Shown here: piece after piece, positions 1-10,605 of the stretch
Numbering within the stretch: position 1 is the stretch's first letter
Layout of the letters: every line of letters begins with the position of its first letter
Source: Acholeplasma laidlawii PG-8A
GTDB lineage: Bacteria > Bacillota_I > Bacilli_A > Acholeplasmatales > Acholeplasmataceae
Reading direction: 5' to 3'
Length of the DNA stretch: 32,000 bases
Assembly (NCBI RefSeq): GCF_000018785.1
Contig: NC_010163.1
Span: 1-32,000, forward strand
Made by a program: the position numbers and the translations under genes
Notes under the pieces: model-generated
The model's database searches: none
Seen by the model: only the letters and a program-made list of their open reading frames with translations
Told to the model about the DNA's origin: nothing

Positions 1-59
1 TATTTGATTTTTTGCTTAATTTTTATGTAATTACTTCCCCACAATTTTTGCCCACATAT

Positions 60-214
60 TGTGGATAAATTTTCCACATTTTATTCACAATGTTGATAAG
101 TTGTGTAAGTCGACTTGTTGGCTTTATAAAGCAAATGACACACTGAAAGTTATCCACAAACAAATTTTTCAAAAGTGTTTAAATCAAAAAGTTATCCACA
201 AATAATGTGGAAAA
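60..214. promoter_or_regulatory. oriC: Probable oriC DnaA-box cluster upstream of dnaA
   Basis: Perfect 9-mers TGTGGATAA at 60..68 and TTATCCACA at 150..158 and 192..200. One-mismatch copies TTTTCCACA 70..78, TTATTCACA 81..89, TGTTGATAA 91..99 and TGTGGAAAA 206..214. AT-rich and immediately 5' of dnaA. Confidence 0.85.
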
Positions 215-288
215 CTTTTTAATAAATTTGTCGTTTCTTATGCTATCATAGTTTTACATAAATTATTAACTACTATAGGGAGGCAGTC

Positions 289-1647
289 ATGAGTCCAAAC
301 AGCACATTATGGCAGACAATATTACAGGATTTAGAAAAACTATACAACGAGGAGACTTACAACGAGCTATTTCTACCAGTGACTTCTACTTTTAAAGATC
401 AAAACGGATTACTTACAATGGTTGTAGCTAATGAGTTCTTAAAGAATCGTATCAATAAACTATACATTGCAAAAATTAACGAACTTGCTACAAAATATTC
501 AAGTACTCCAGTTAGATTGAAATTCGTATCACAAGAAGAAGTTATTGAAGAACCAGTAGCTGATCGTAAATTAACCATTGATTATCGTCAAGGGAACTTA
601 AACTCTACCTATACCTTTGACTCTTTTGTTGTTGGAAAATCTAACATGTTTGCTTTTCGTATGGCGATGAAGGTTGCTGATCAACCTGGAGCAGTAGCAA
701 ACCCTTTCTACATATTTGGTGATGTAGGTTTAGGTAAAACCCATCTTATGCAAGCAATAGGTAACTATATATTAGATAATGATGTCGAAAAACGTATCTT
801 ATATGTTAAAGCTGATAACTTTATTGAAGACTTTGTATCTTTATTATCAAGAAACAAAAATAAGACTGAAGAATTCAATGCTAAATATAAAGATATTGAC
901 GTTATATTAGTAGACGACATCCAAATTATGGCAAATGCTAGTAAAACTCAAATGGAATTCTTTAAGCTCTTTGACTACCTATATTTAAATAATAAACAAA
1001 TCGTTATAACATCTGATAAACCAGCTTCACAATTAACAAATATCATGCCACGTTTAACGACACGTTTTGAAGCTGGTCTCTCTGTAGACATACAAATACC
1101 TGAATTAGAACATAGAATAAGTATTTTAAAGAGAAAAACAGCTACATTAGATGCCAACTTAGAGGTAAGTGAGGATATTTTAACCTTTATAGCATCTCAA
1201 TTTGCAGCAAACATTAGAGAAATGGAAGGTGCACTCATTCGTTTAATTAGTTATGCACAGACCTTTAATCTAGAAATTACAATGAATGTTGTTGAAGAAG
1301 CACTTGGTGCTGTATTAAAAACTAAGAAGAAAACAAATGATTTAAACGAAAATAACTACGATAAGATCCAAAGTATTGTAGCAGATTACTTCCAAGTTTC
1401 ATTACCAGACTTAATTGGTAAGAAAAGACATGCTAAATTCACATTACCTAGACATATAGCGATGTATCTTATTAAACTTAAATACAATATTCCTTATAAA
1501 ACAATTGGATCTTTATTTAATGATAGAGACCACTCCACAGTATTATCTGCTTGTGAAAAAGTAGAACGCGATATGAGGATGGATTCGAACTTAAAGTTTG
1601 CTGTTGACTCGATTGTCAAAAAAATAGATTCACCATTATTAAAGTGA
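289..1647 (+). CDS. dnaA: Chromosomal replication initiator protein DnaA
   Basis: 452-aa ORF with Walker A GDVGLGKTHLMQAIG, Walker B DVILVDDIQ and C-terminal DNA-binding signature DRDHSTVLSACEKV. RBS-like GGGAGG precedes the ATG. TGA stop followed directly by TAA. Confidence 0.98.
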   Translation: MSPNSTLWQTILQDLEKLYNEETYNELFLPVTSTFKDQNGLLTMVVANEFLKNRINKLYIAKINELATKYSSTPVRLKFVSQEEVIEEPVADRKLTIDYRQGNLNSTYTFDSFVVGKSNMFAFRMAMKVADQPGAVANPFYIFGDVGLGKTHLMQAIGNYILDNDVEKRILYVKADNFIEDFVSLLSRNKNKTEEFNAKYKDIDVILVDDIQIMANASKTQMEFFKLFDYLYLNNKQIVITSDKPASQLTNIMPRLTTRFEAGLSVDIQIPELEHRISILKRKTATLDANLEVSEDILTFIASQFAANIREMEGALIRLISYAQTFNLEITMNVVEEALGAVLKTKKKTNDLNENNYDKIQSIVADYFQVSLPDLIGKKRHAKFTLPRHIAMYLIKLKYNIPYKTIGSLFNDRDHSTVLSACEKVERDMRMDSNLKFAVDSIVKKIDSPLLK

Positions 1648-1987
1648 TAAATGTTTATAAAAATGATTAAATGTGGTAAAATAAATGGTAGATGAAGCGA
1701 TTATTGCTAGTTTCCCACTTTCCCACAGACACTAACAATAACAAAGAAGAAATAATAATTAATAAAAGGGGTAAAATATGAATTTTACAATTGAAAGAGA
1801 TATCTTACTAAACCATCTAATGCCATGTACAAAAAGGATTACCAAATAAAACACCTCTACCTATTTTATATGCTATTAAATTTGAAGTGTTTTCAGATTA
1901 TATCCAATTAACAGCTTCTAACTCTGATATAGCCATTCAAGTATTAATTGATGATCCATCATTAGTTGTTCATAAGACAGGAAAGAT

Positions 1988-1996
1988 TGCTTTACC
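1988..1996 (+). repeat. 9-bp target site duplication, left copy (TGCTTTACC)
   Basis: TGCTTTACC directly abuts the IS10 end at 1997 and is identical to 3326..3334. Confidence 0.97.
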
Positions 1997-2009
1997 CTGA
2001 GAGATCCCC

Positions 2010-3218
2010 TCATAATTTCCCCAAAGCGTAACCATGTGTGAATAAATTTTGAGCTAGTAGGGTTGCAGCCACGAGTAAGTCTTCCCTTGTTATTGTGTAG
2101 CCAGAATGCCGCAAAACTTCCATGCCTAAGCGAACTGTTGAGAGTACGTTTCGATTTCTGACTGTGTTAGCCTGGAAGTGCTTGTCCCAACCTTGTTTCT
2201 GAGCATGAACGCCCGCAAGCCAACATGTTAGTTGAAGCATCAGGGCGATTAGCAGCATGATATCAAAACGCTCTGAGCTGCTCGTTCGGCTATGGCGTAG
2301 GCCTAGTCCGTAGGCAGGACTTTTCAAGTCTCGGAAGGTTTCTTCAATCTGCATTCGCTTCGAATAGATATTAACAAGTTGTTTGGGTGTTCGAATTTCA
2401 ACAGGTAAGTTAGTTGCTAGAACCCATGGCTCCTTTGCCGACGCTGAGTAGATTTTAGGTGACGGGTGGTGACAATGAGTCCGTGTCGAGCGCTGATTTT
2501 TTCGGCCTTTAGAGCGAGATTTATACAATAGAATTTGGCATGAGATTGGATTGCTTTTAGTCAGCCTCTTATAGCCTAAAGTCTTTGAGTGACTAGATGA
2601 CATATCATGTAAGTTGCTGATAGGTTTCCAGTTTTCCTCTCCTAGGTCTGCATATTGTACTTTTCCTCTTACTCGACTTAACCAGTACCAACCCAGCTTC
2701 TCAACGGATTTATACCATGGCACTTTAAAGCCAGCATCACTGACAATGAGCGGTGTGGTGTTACTCGGTAGAATGCTCGCAAGGTCGGCTAGAAATTGGT
2801 CATGAGCTTTCTTTGAACATTGCTCTGAAAGCGGGAACGCTTTCTCATAAAGAGTAACAGAACGACCGTGTAGTGCGACTGAAGCTCGCAATACCATAAG
2901 TCGTTTTTGCTCACGAATATCAGACCAGTCAACAAGTACAATGGGCATCGTATTGCCCGAACAGATAAAGCTAGCATGCCAACGGTATACAGCGAGTCGC
3001 TCTTTGTGGAGGTGACGATTACCTAACAATCGGTCGATTCGTTTGATGTTATGTTTTGTTCTCGCTTTGGTTGGCAGGTTACGGCCAAGTTCGGTAAGAG
3101 TGAGAGTTTTACAGTCAAGTAATGCGTGGCAAGCCAACGTTAAGCTGTTGAGTCGTTTTAAGTGTAATTCGGGGCAGAATTGGTAAAGAGAGTCGTGTAA
3201 AATATCGAGTTCGCACAT
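2010..3218 (-). CDS. tnpA: IS10-type transposase (IS4 family)
   Basis: 402-aa ORF MCELDILHDSLYQFCPELHLKRLNSLTLACHALLDCKTLTLTELGRNLPTKARTKHNIKR... recognised as the Tn10/IS10-right transposase, with IS4-family YREK-like region IYSKRMQIEETFRDLKS. Confidence 0.98.
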   Translation of the reverse strand: MCELDILHDSLYQFCPELHLKRLNSLTLACHALLDCKTLTLTELGRNLPTKARTKHNIKRIDRLLGNRHLHKERLAVYRWHASFICSGNTMPIVLVDWSDIREQKRLMVLRASVALHGRSVTLYEKAFPLSEQCSKKAHDQFLADLASILPSNTTPLIVSDAGFKVPWYKSVEKLGWYWLSRVRGKVQYADLGEENWKPISNLHDMSSSHSKTLGYKRLTKSNPISCQILLYKSRSKGRKNQRSTRTHCHHPSPKIYSASAKEPWVLATNLPVEIRTPKQLVNIYSKRMQIEETFRDLKSPAYGLGLRHSRTSSSERFDIMLLIALMLQLTCWLAGVHAQKQGWDKHFQANTVRNRNVLSTVRLGMEVLRHSGYTITREDLLVAATLLAQNLFTHGYALGKL

Positions 3219-3279
3219 CTTGTTGTCTGATTATTGATTTTTCGCGAAACCATTTGATCATATGACAAGATGTGTATCC
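3211..3279 (+). ncRNA. Putative RNA-OUT antisense RNA of IS10 (approximate coordinates)
   Basis: Sequence TCGCACATCTTGTTGTCTGATTATTGATTTTTCGCGAAACCATTTGATCATATGACAAGATGTGT lies opposite the transposase start and can fold back (ACATCTTGT with ACAAGATGT), matching the known IS10 RNA-OUT location. Confidence 0.6.
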
Positions 3280-3325
3280 ACCTTAACTTAATGATTTTTA
3301 CCAAAATCATTAGGGGATTCATCAG

Positions 3326-3334
3326 TGCTTTACC
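3326..3334 (+). repeat. 9-bp target site duplication, right copy (TGCTTTACC)
   Basis: TGCTTTACC directly follows the IS10 end at 3325 and is identical to 1988..1996. Confidence 0.97.
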
Positions 3335-4268
3335 TGGCCGTTATTTTATTGATATTATTAGAAAAGTAGCTGCTAAGCGTATTGAGGTTGCTCTACAAGA
3401 AGAAAGACTATTAGTTATTAAAGCAGATCGTTCAGAATTTAAATTAAAACTTATGGATATCGATGATTATCCAGATGTTGATTTTTTAGACTTAGCAGAA
3501 CCAGTGATTCTATCATCTGATATGGTGAAAGAAATTATTAAAGAAACTAATTTCGCTACAGCTGATAACGAAAAACGCCCAATTCTTACTGGGGTAAACT
3601 TTAAATATCAAGATAACCACTTATTTGCAGTTGCAACAGACTCTTACCGTTTATCTCAAAAAAATTTAAAACTAAGAACACATTCTAAAACATTTAATAT
3701 TGTTATTCCAAATAAATCATTAGATGATCTATCAAAAATATTAGATCATGTGAATGAAGAAATTGAAGTATTTATTAATCCAAATAAAATATTATTTAAA
3801 ATGAATAAAATTTGGTTTCAAACTAGATTATTAGAAGGTACATACCCGGATACAGCAAAAATCATACCTGTTAATTTTCCTACTGTCATTACATTTAATA
3901 AAGAAGAATTATTAAATGCAGTGGACCGTGTCTCTTTATTATCTCCAAGAGATAGAGAATCAAACTACAACATTATTAAATTAACATTAAGACCTGATCA
4001 AGTTGTTGAGATATCTTCAACAAACACTGAAGTTGGGGATGCAAAAGAAGAAATTATTCCATCAGAAGATGTAGTGGGAGAATTAATTTCAATCGCATTT
4101 AGTTCTAAATACTTAAATGAAGCACTTAAAGCATTTAATTCAACTGAAGTTACACTTAACTTTGCAGGTGAAATTAAACCGTTTGTAGTAAAAGGAAATC
4201 AAGATCCTGATCTCTTACATTTAATCTTACCAGTACGTATTGACTAATAAATATAGATAAAAATAGAT

Positions 4269-4308
4269 GTCTTAAGAACCTATAAAACAGGTCTTAAGAC
4301 ATTTTTTA
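4269..4308 (+). terminator. Rho-independent terminator downstream of dnaN
   Basis: Stem TGTCTTAAGA (4269..4278) pairs with TCTTAAGACA (4293..4302), followed by a T run. Confidence 0.85.
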
Positions 4309-4416
4309 TAAAAATTAAAAAAACAGGATTAAAAAGAACATAAAAATCTAAATACTTCAAAAACAGCCGAAATCACCATTTTTTATATATAGGCCATAGT
4401 AAACATTAATATAGAC

Positions 4417-4442
4417 AAAAAGCGTTAAAAAGTGCGCTTTTT
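4417..4442 (+). terminator. Terminator-like hairpin upstream of the S4-domain gene
   Basis: AAAAAGCG (4417..4424) pairs with CGCTTTTT (4435..4442). Confidence 0.5.
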
Positions 4443-4477
4443 TACTTATATTATGTTATAATATAATAGGTAGGTGA

Positions 4478-4689
4478 ATGAAGCGTATGAATCATTTTGA
4501 GTTAGAAGGCGAGTTTATAACCATCGCACAATTATTAAAAGCTTTAGACTACATCGGTTCCGGAGGGGAAACGAAGTATTTTTTATATGAGCATAAAGTA
4601 TTACTAAATGATGCAGAAGTTTACGAGAAGAAAAAGAAGATTAAAAAAGGTGATGTCGTTACAATTAACGGCAACAAGATTTTAATTAA

Positions 4690-4693
<4 letters not shown>
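4478..4693 (+). CDS. S4-domain RNA-binding protein, YaaA/RlbA type
   Basis: 71-aa ORF with S4 pattern [48 protein letters not shown], located between dnaN and recF as in Firmicutes. Confidence 0.85.
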
Positions 4694-7636
<2,943 letters not shown>

Positions 7637-7654
7637 GAAAGGATGTAAATAATA

Positions 7655-10258
7655 ATGAGTGAAAATACAGATAAACTACATGATAAGATTAAAGAAGTAA
7701 ACATTACTTCAGAGATGAAAACATCCTTCTTAAACTATGCGATGAGTGTTATTGTATCTCGTGCACTTCCAAATGCTAAAGACGGATTAAAACCAGTTCA
7801 AAGACGTATTCTTTACGGTATGCATGAAAATAACATGTATGCAAATACGGCACATAAAAAATCAGCGAGAATCGTTGGGGATGTTATGGGGAAATATCAC
7901 CCTCATGGTGACTCTTCAATTTATGATGCCATGGTGCGTATGGCACAACCATTTAGTTATAGAAAACCATTAGTTGACGGTCATGGTAACTTTGGTTCTG
8001 TTGACGGTGATGGTGCTGCTGCGATGCGTTATACCGAAGCTAGACTATCTAAGATAGCTGGTGAAATGGTTAGAGATATCGACAAAAACACAGTAAATTT
8101 TGTAGATAACTATGATGGTTCAGAACGTGAACCACAAGTACTACCATCAAGATATCCAAACTTACTAGTAAACGGTTCAACCGGTATTGCTGTTGGTATG
8201 GCTACAAATATTCCACCACATAATTTAGGTGAAGTGATTGATGCAATCTTTGCATATTTAGATAATCCTGATATTACAGTACTTGAATTAATGCAATACA
8301 TTAAGGGACCAGACTTCCCAACAGGTGGTCAAATTCTTGGTATTACAGGTCTTCGTCAAGCATATGAAACAGGTAAAGGTATTATTGCTGTTCGTGCACA
8401 ACATGAAATTGTTGAAACTAAAAATAGAACAGAATTAATCATTACTGAAATACCTTACCAAGTAAATAAAACAACATTAATTGAAAGAATCGCTGAAGTT
8501 GTTAAAAATAAGATCATCGAAGGTATTTCAGACTTAAGAGATGAATCCAATAGAAAAGGTATGCGTATCGTTATTGAACTTAGAAAAGATACTAATCCAT
8601 CTGTTACCTTAAATAACTTATATAAACATACTCAACTTCAAACATCCTTTGGTATTAATATGATTGCTTTAGTCGATGGACAACCAAGACTACTTAGTTT
8701 AAAAGATGCATTAACACATTATATTGCACACCAAATTGAAATTATTACACGTCGTACACAATTTGATTTAGAAAAAGCTGAAGCTAGAATGCATATATTA
8801 GAAGCACTTGTTAAAGCTTTAAATGATGTAGATAATGTCATTAAAATCATCAAAGATGCAAAAAATCCTGAAGATGCTAGAAATAATTTAATAGCAACTT
8901 ATGATTTCACAGAAATTCAAGCTCGTTCTATTTTAACGATGCAACTTCAAAGATTAACAGGTCTTGAAATCGATAAAATTCATGAAGAAGCAGATAATTT
9001 AGCACATAAAATTACTGAATACAAACAAATTTTAGGTGATGAAGATCTAAAAATCGAAATCATAAAGTCTGAACTTCAAGAAATTAAAGATAAATATGAT
9101 GATCCTCGTATGTCAGAAGTGAATTTATATGAAGATCTTGATATTGATAATGAAGATTTAATCCCTGTTGAAGATATCGTTGTAACTGTAACAAATAATG
9201 GTTACATCAAACGTATGAATTTAGATGAGTATAAATTACAAAACAGAGGTGGCGTCGGCATGAGTGGTGTTAAACTACATGACGATGACTTTGTTGAGCA
9301 TATTGCGATGACATCAACACATGACTTCCACTTATTCTTTACCAACCTAGGTCGAGTATTTAAACTTAAAGGGTATACCTTACCATCTGGATCACGTCAA
9401 TCTAAAGGGGTACCAATTGTAAACTACCTAAACTTCCAACCAGGAGAAAAATTAGCAAGCTTTACAACCATTAAAGACTTTGATGCTGAAGATCACTATC
9501 TATTCTTTGTTACAAAGAGGGGTATCGTAAAACGTACACATATTAATAACTACAAGAATATTAGACAAAACGGTATTATAGCAATCAGTTTAAGGGAAGA
9601 TGATGAACTCTTAGTGACGAAATCAACCAATGGTCATAAACATATCTTACTAGGTGCATCAAACGGTAAAGCTATCCACTTCCTTGAAACAGATATTAGA
9701 GAAATTGGACGTACAGCAACCGGTGTCCGTGGTATGGACATACCAGATGATGAAGAAATTGTTGGATTTGCAGTTGTAGACGGTATTGAAGACGATATCT
9801 TAGTCATTACCGAAAACGGCTATGGAAAGCGTACATCGATTACTGAATATAGACTTCAAAACAGAGGCGGTAAAGGTGTTAAGACATTAAATGTAACAGA
9901 TAAAAACGGTAAGTTAAAAACTTTACGTAAAGTTACAAACGATGAAGACATCATTGTAGTAAGTGATAGAGGTATTACAATACGTATGCCAATTGATCAA
10001 ATCTCACAAACAAAACGTGCAACTCAAGGTGTAAGAATTATTACATTAAAAGGTGATCAAAAAGTATCAACAATCGCGATTGTAGATCATCAGGAACCTG
10101 AAGAAGAAGTTGTATCTAATGAAGCTGTAGTAACTCAAGAACAAATGGCTCTAAGCAATCAAAAAAAGGTCTTAGAAGTTGTTGAACTTGAAGCACTAGA
10201 AGAATCAGTAGATGAAGAAGATACAAAAAACGCCAAACAAACTAAATTAGATTTATAA
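7655..10258 (+). CDS. gyrA: DNA gyrase subunit A
   Basis: 867-aa ORF with [42 protein letters not shown] and C-terminal beta-pinwheel repeats. Confidence 0.98.
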   Translation: MSENTDKLHDKIKEVNITSEMKTSFLNYAMSVIVSRALPNAKDGLKPVQRRILYGMHENNMYANTAHKKSARIVGDVMGKYHPHGDSSIYDAMVRMAQPFSYRKPLVDGHGNFGSVDGDGAAAMRYTEARLSKIAGEMVRDIDKNTVNFVDNYDGSEREPQVLPSRYPNLLVNGSTGIAVGMATNIPPHNLGEVIDAIFAYLDNPDITVLELMQYIKGPDFPTGGQILGITGLRQAYETGKGIIAVRAQHEIVETKNRTELIITEIPYQVNKTTLIERIAEVVKNKIIEGISDLRDESNRKGMRIVIELRKDTNPSVTLNNLYKHTQLQTSFGINMIALVDGQPRLLSLKDALTHYIAHQIEIITRRTQFDLEKAEARMHILEALVKALNDVDNVIKIIKDAKNPEDARNNLIATYDFTEIQARSILTMQLQRLTGLEIDKIHEEADNLAHKITEYKQILGDEDLKIEIIKSELQEIKDKYDDPRMSEVNLYEDLDIDNEDLIPVEDIVVTVTNNGYIKRMNLDEYKLQNRGGVGMSGVKLHDDDFVEHIAMTSTHDFHLFFTNLGRVFKLKGYTLPSGSRQSKGVPIVNYLNFQPGEKLASFTTIKDFDAEDHYLFFVTKRGIVKRTHINNYKNIRQNGIIAISLREDDELLVTKSTNGHKHILLGASNGKAIHFLETDIREIGRTATGVRGMDIPDDEEIVGFAVVDGIEDDILVITENGYGKRTSITEYRLQNRGGKGVKTLNVTDKNGKLKTLRKVTNDEDIIVVSDRGITIRMPIDQISQTKRATQGVRIITLKGDQKVSTIAIVDHQEPEEEVVSNEAVVTQEQMALSNQKKVLEVVELEALEESVDEEDTKNAKQTKLDL

Positions 10259-10270
10259 TCATATAAAACA

Positions 10271-10316
10271 AAAACCACAGACCAATATAATTACTTTATT
10301 TGGTCTGTGGTTTTTT
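10271..10316 (+). terminator. Strong Rho-independent terminator after gyrA
   Basis: AAAACCACAGACCAA (10271..10285) is perfectly complementary to TTGGTCTGTGGTTTT (10299..10313) and is followed by T residues. Confidence 0.93.
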
Positions 10317-10605
10317 TATATATTAAGGATGATAGTTAATTCTTAGTATTATTCTTTATTAGGAATTAAGTAGAACAACCGAAAAAAAGGCATATTTCGG
10401 CAACCTATCACAAAAAAGGGACTGTAAAGAAATGAAGAATTAATATTCTTCAGGGATTTTATAGCTCCTTTTTACATAATGTAAAATCTTTCACATATAT
10501 ATGTAATTCACAAATTTAATAGTCTAAAAATGATAAAATGTAAATAGTTTATATTGTATACATTCATTTATCTTAATGTTGTATACCGGGAAGGTAAGTA
10601 TAAAT

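Larger units (their letters stand above)
1997..3325 (-). mobile_element. IS10: Complete IS10 (Tn10 IS10-right type, IS4 family) insertion sequence
   Basis: 1329 bp with end sequences CTGAGAGATCCCCTCATAATTTCC (inside-end type, 1997) and reverse complement CTGATGAATCCCCTAATGATTTTGG (outside-end type, 3325). 402-aa transposase inside; 9-bp target duplication flanks it. Base composition is visibly less AT-rich than the surroundings. Confidence 0.98.
1778..4247 (+). pseudogene. dnaN: DNA polymerase III beta sliding clamp, interrupted by an IS10-type element and carrying an upstream 1-nt frameshift
   Basis: 5' part reads MNFTIERDILLNHL, then after a +1 shift VQKGLPNKTPLPILYAIKFEVFSDYIQLTASNSDIAIQVLIDDPSLVVHKTGKIALP. 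The 3' part after the IS reads ALPGRYFIDIIRKVAAKRIEV...LILPVRID. Removing IS, one target copy and one extra nt restores about 376 codons, a normal clamp length. Confidence 0.95.

Noticed and set aside
975-1157. Minus-strand ORF within dnaA (and similarly 6795..7064, 6997..7194, 8110..8301, 11040..11273, 17167..17397, 17369..17677, 17955..18245, 21385..21645, 24297..24482, 28658..28969, 29578..29952)
   Set aside because: Short antisense shadows of strongly coding genes, with no recognisable domain and no independent RBS or promoter.
1648-1777. Second DnaA-box cluster between dnaA and dnaN (ATGTGGTAA, TTTCCCACA-like strings)
   Set aside because: Best strings have two mismatches to TTATCCACA, so I cannot support a second origin segment from sequence alone.
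2614-2977. Two + strand ORFs (2614..2805, 2789..2977) inside IS10
   Set aside because: They are antisense to the transposase, which accounts fully for the coding content of IS10.
1997-3325. Full composite Tn10 (tetracycline resistance)
   Set aside because: Only one IS10 unit with its own 9-bp target duplication is present. No tetA/tetR/tetC/tetD and no second IS10 nearby.
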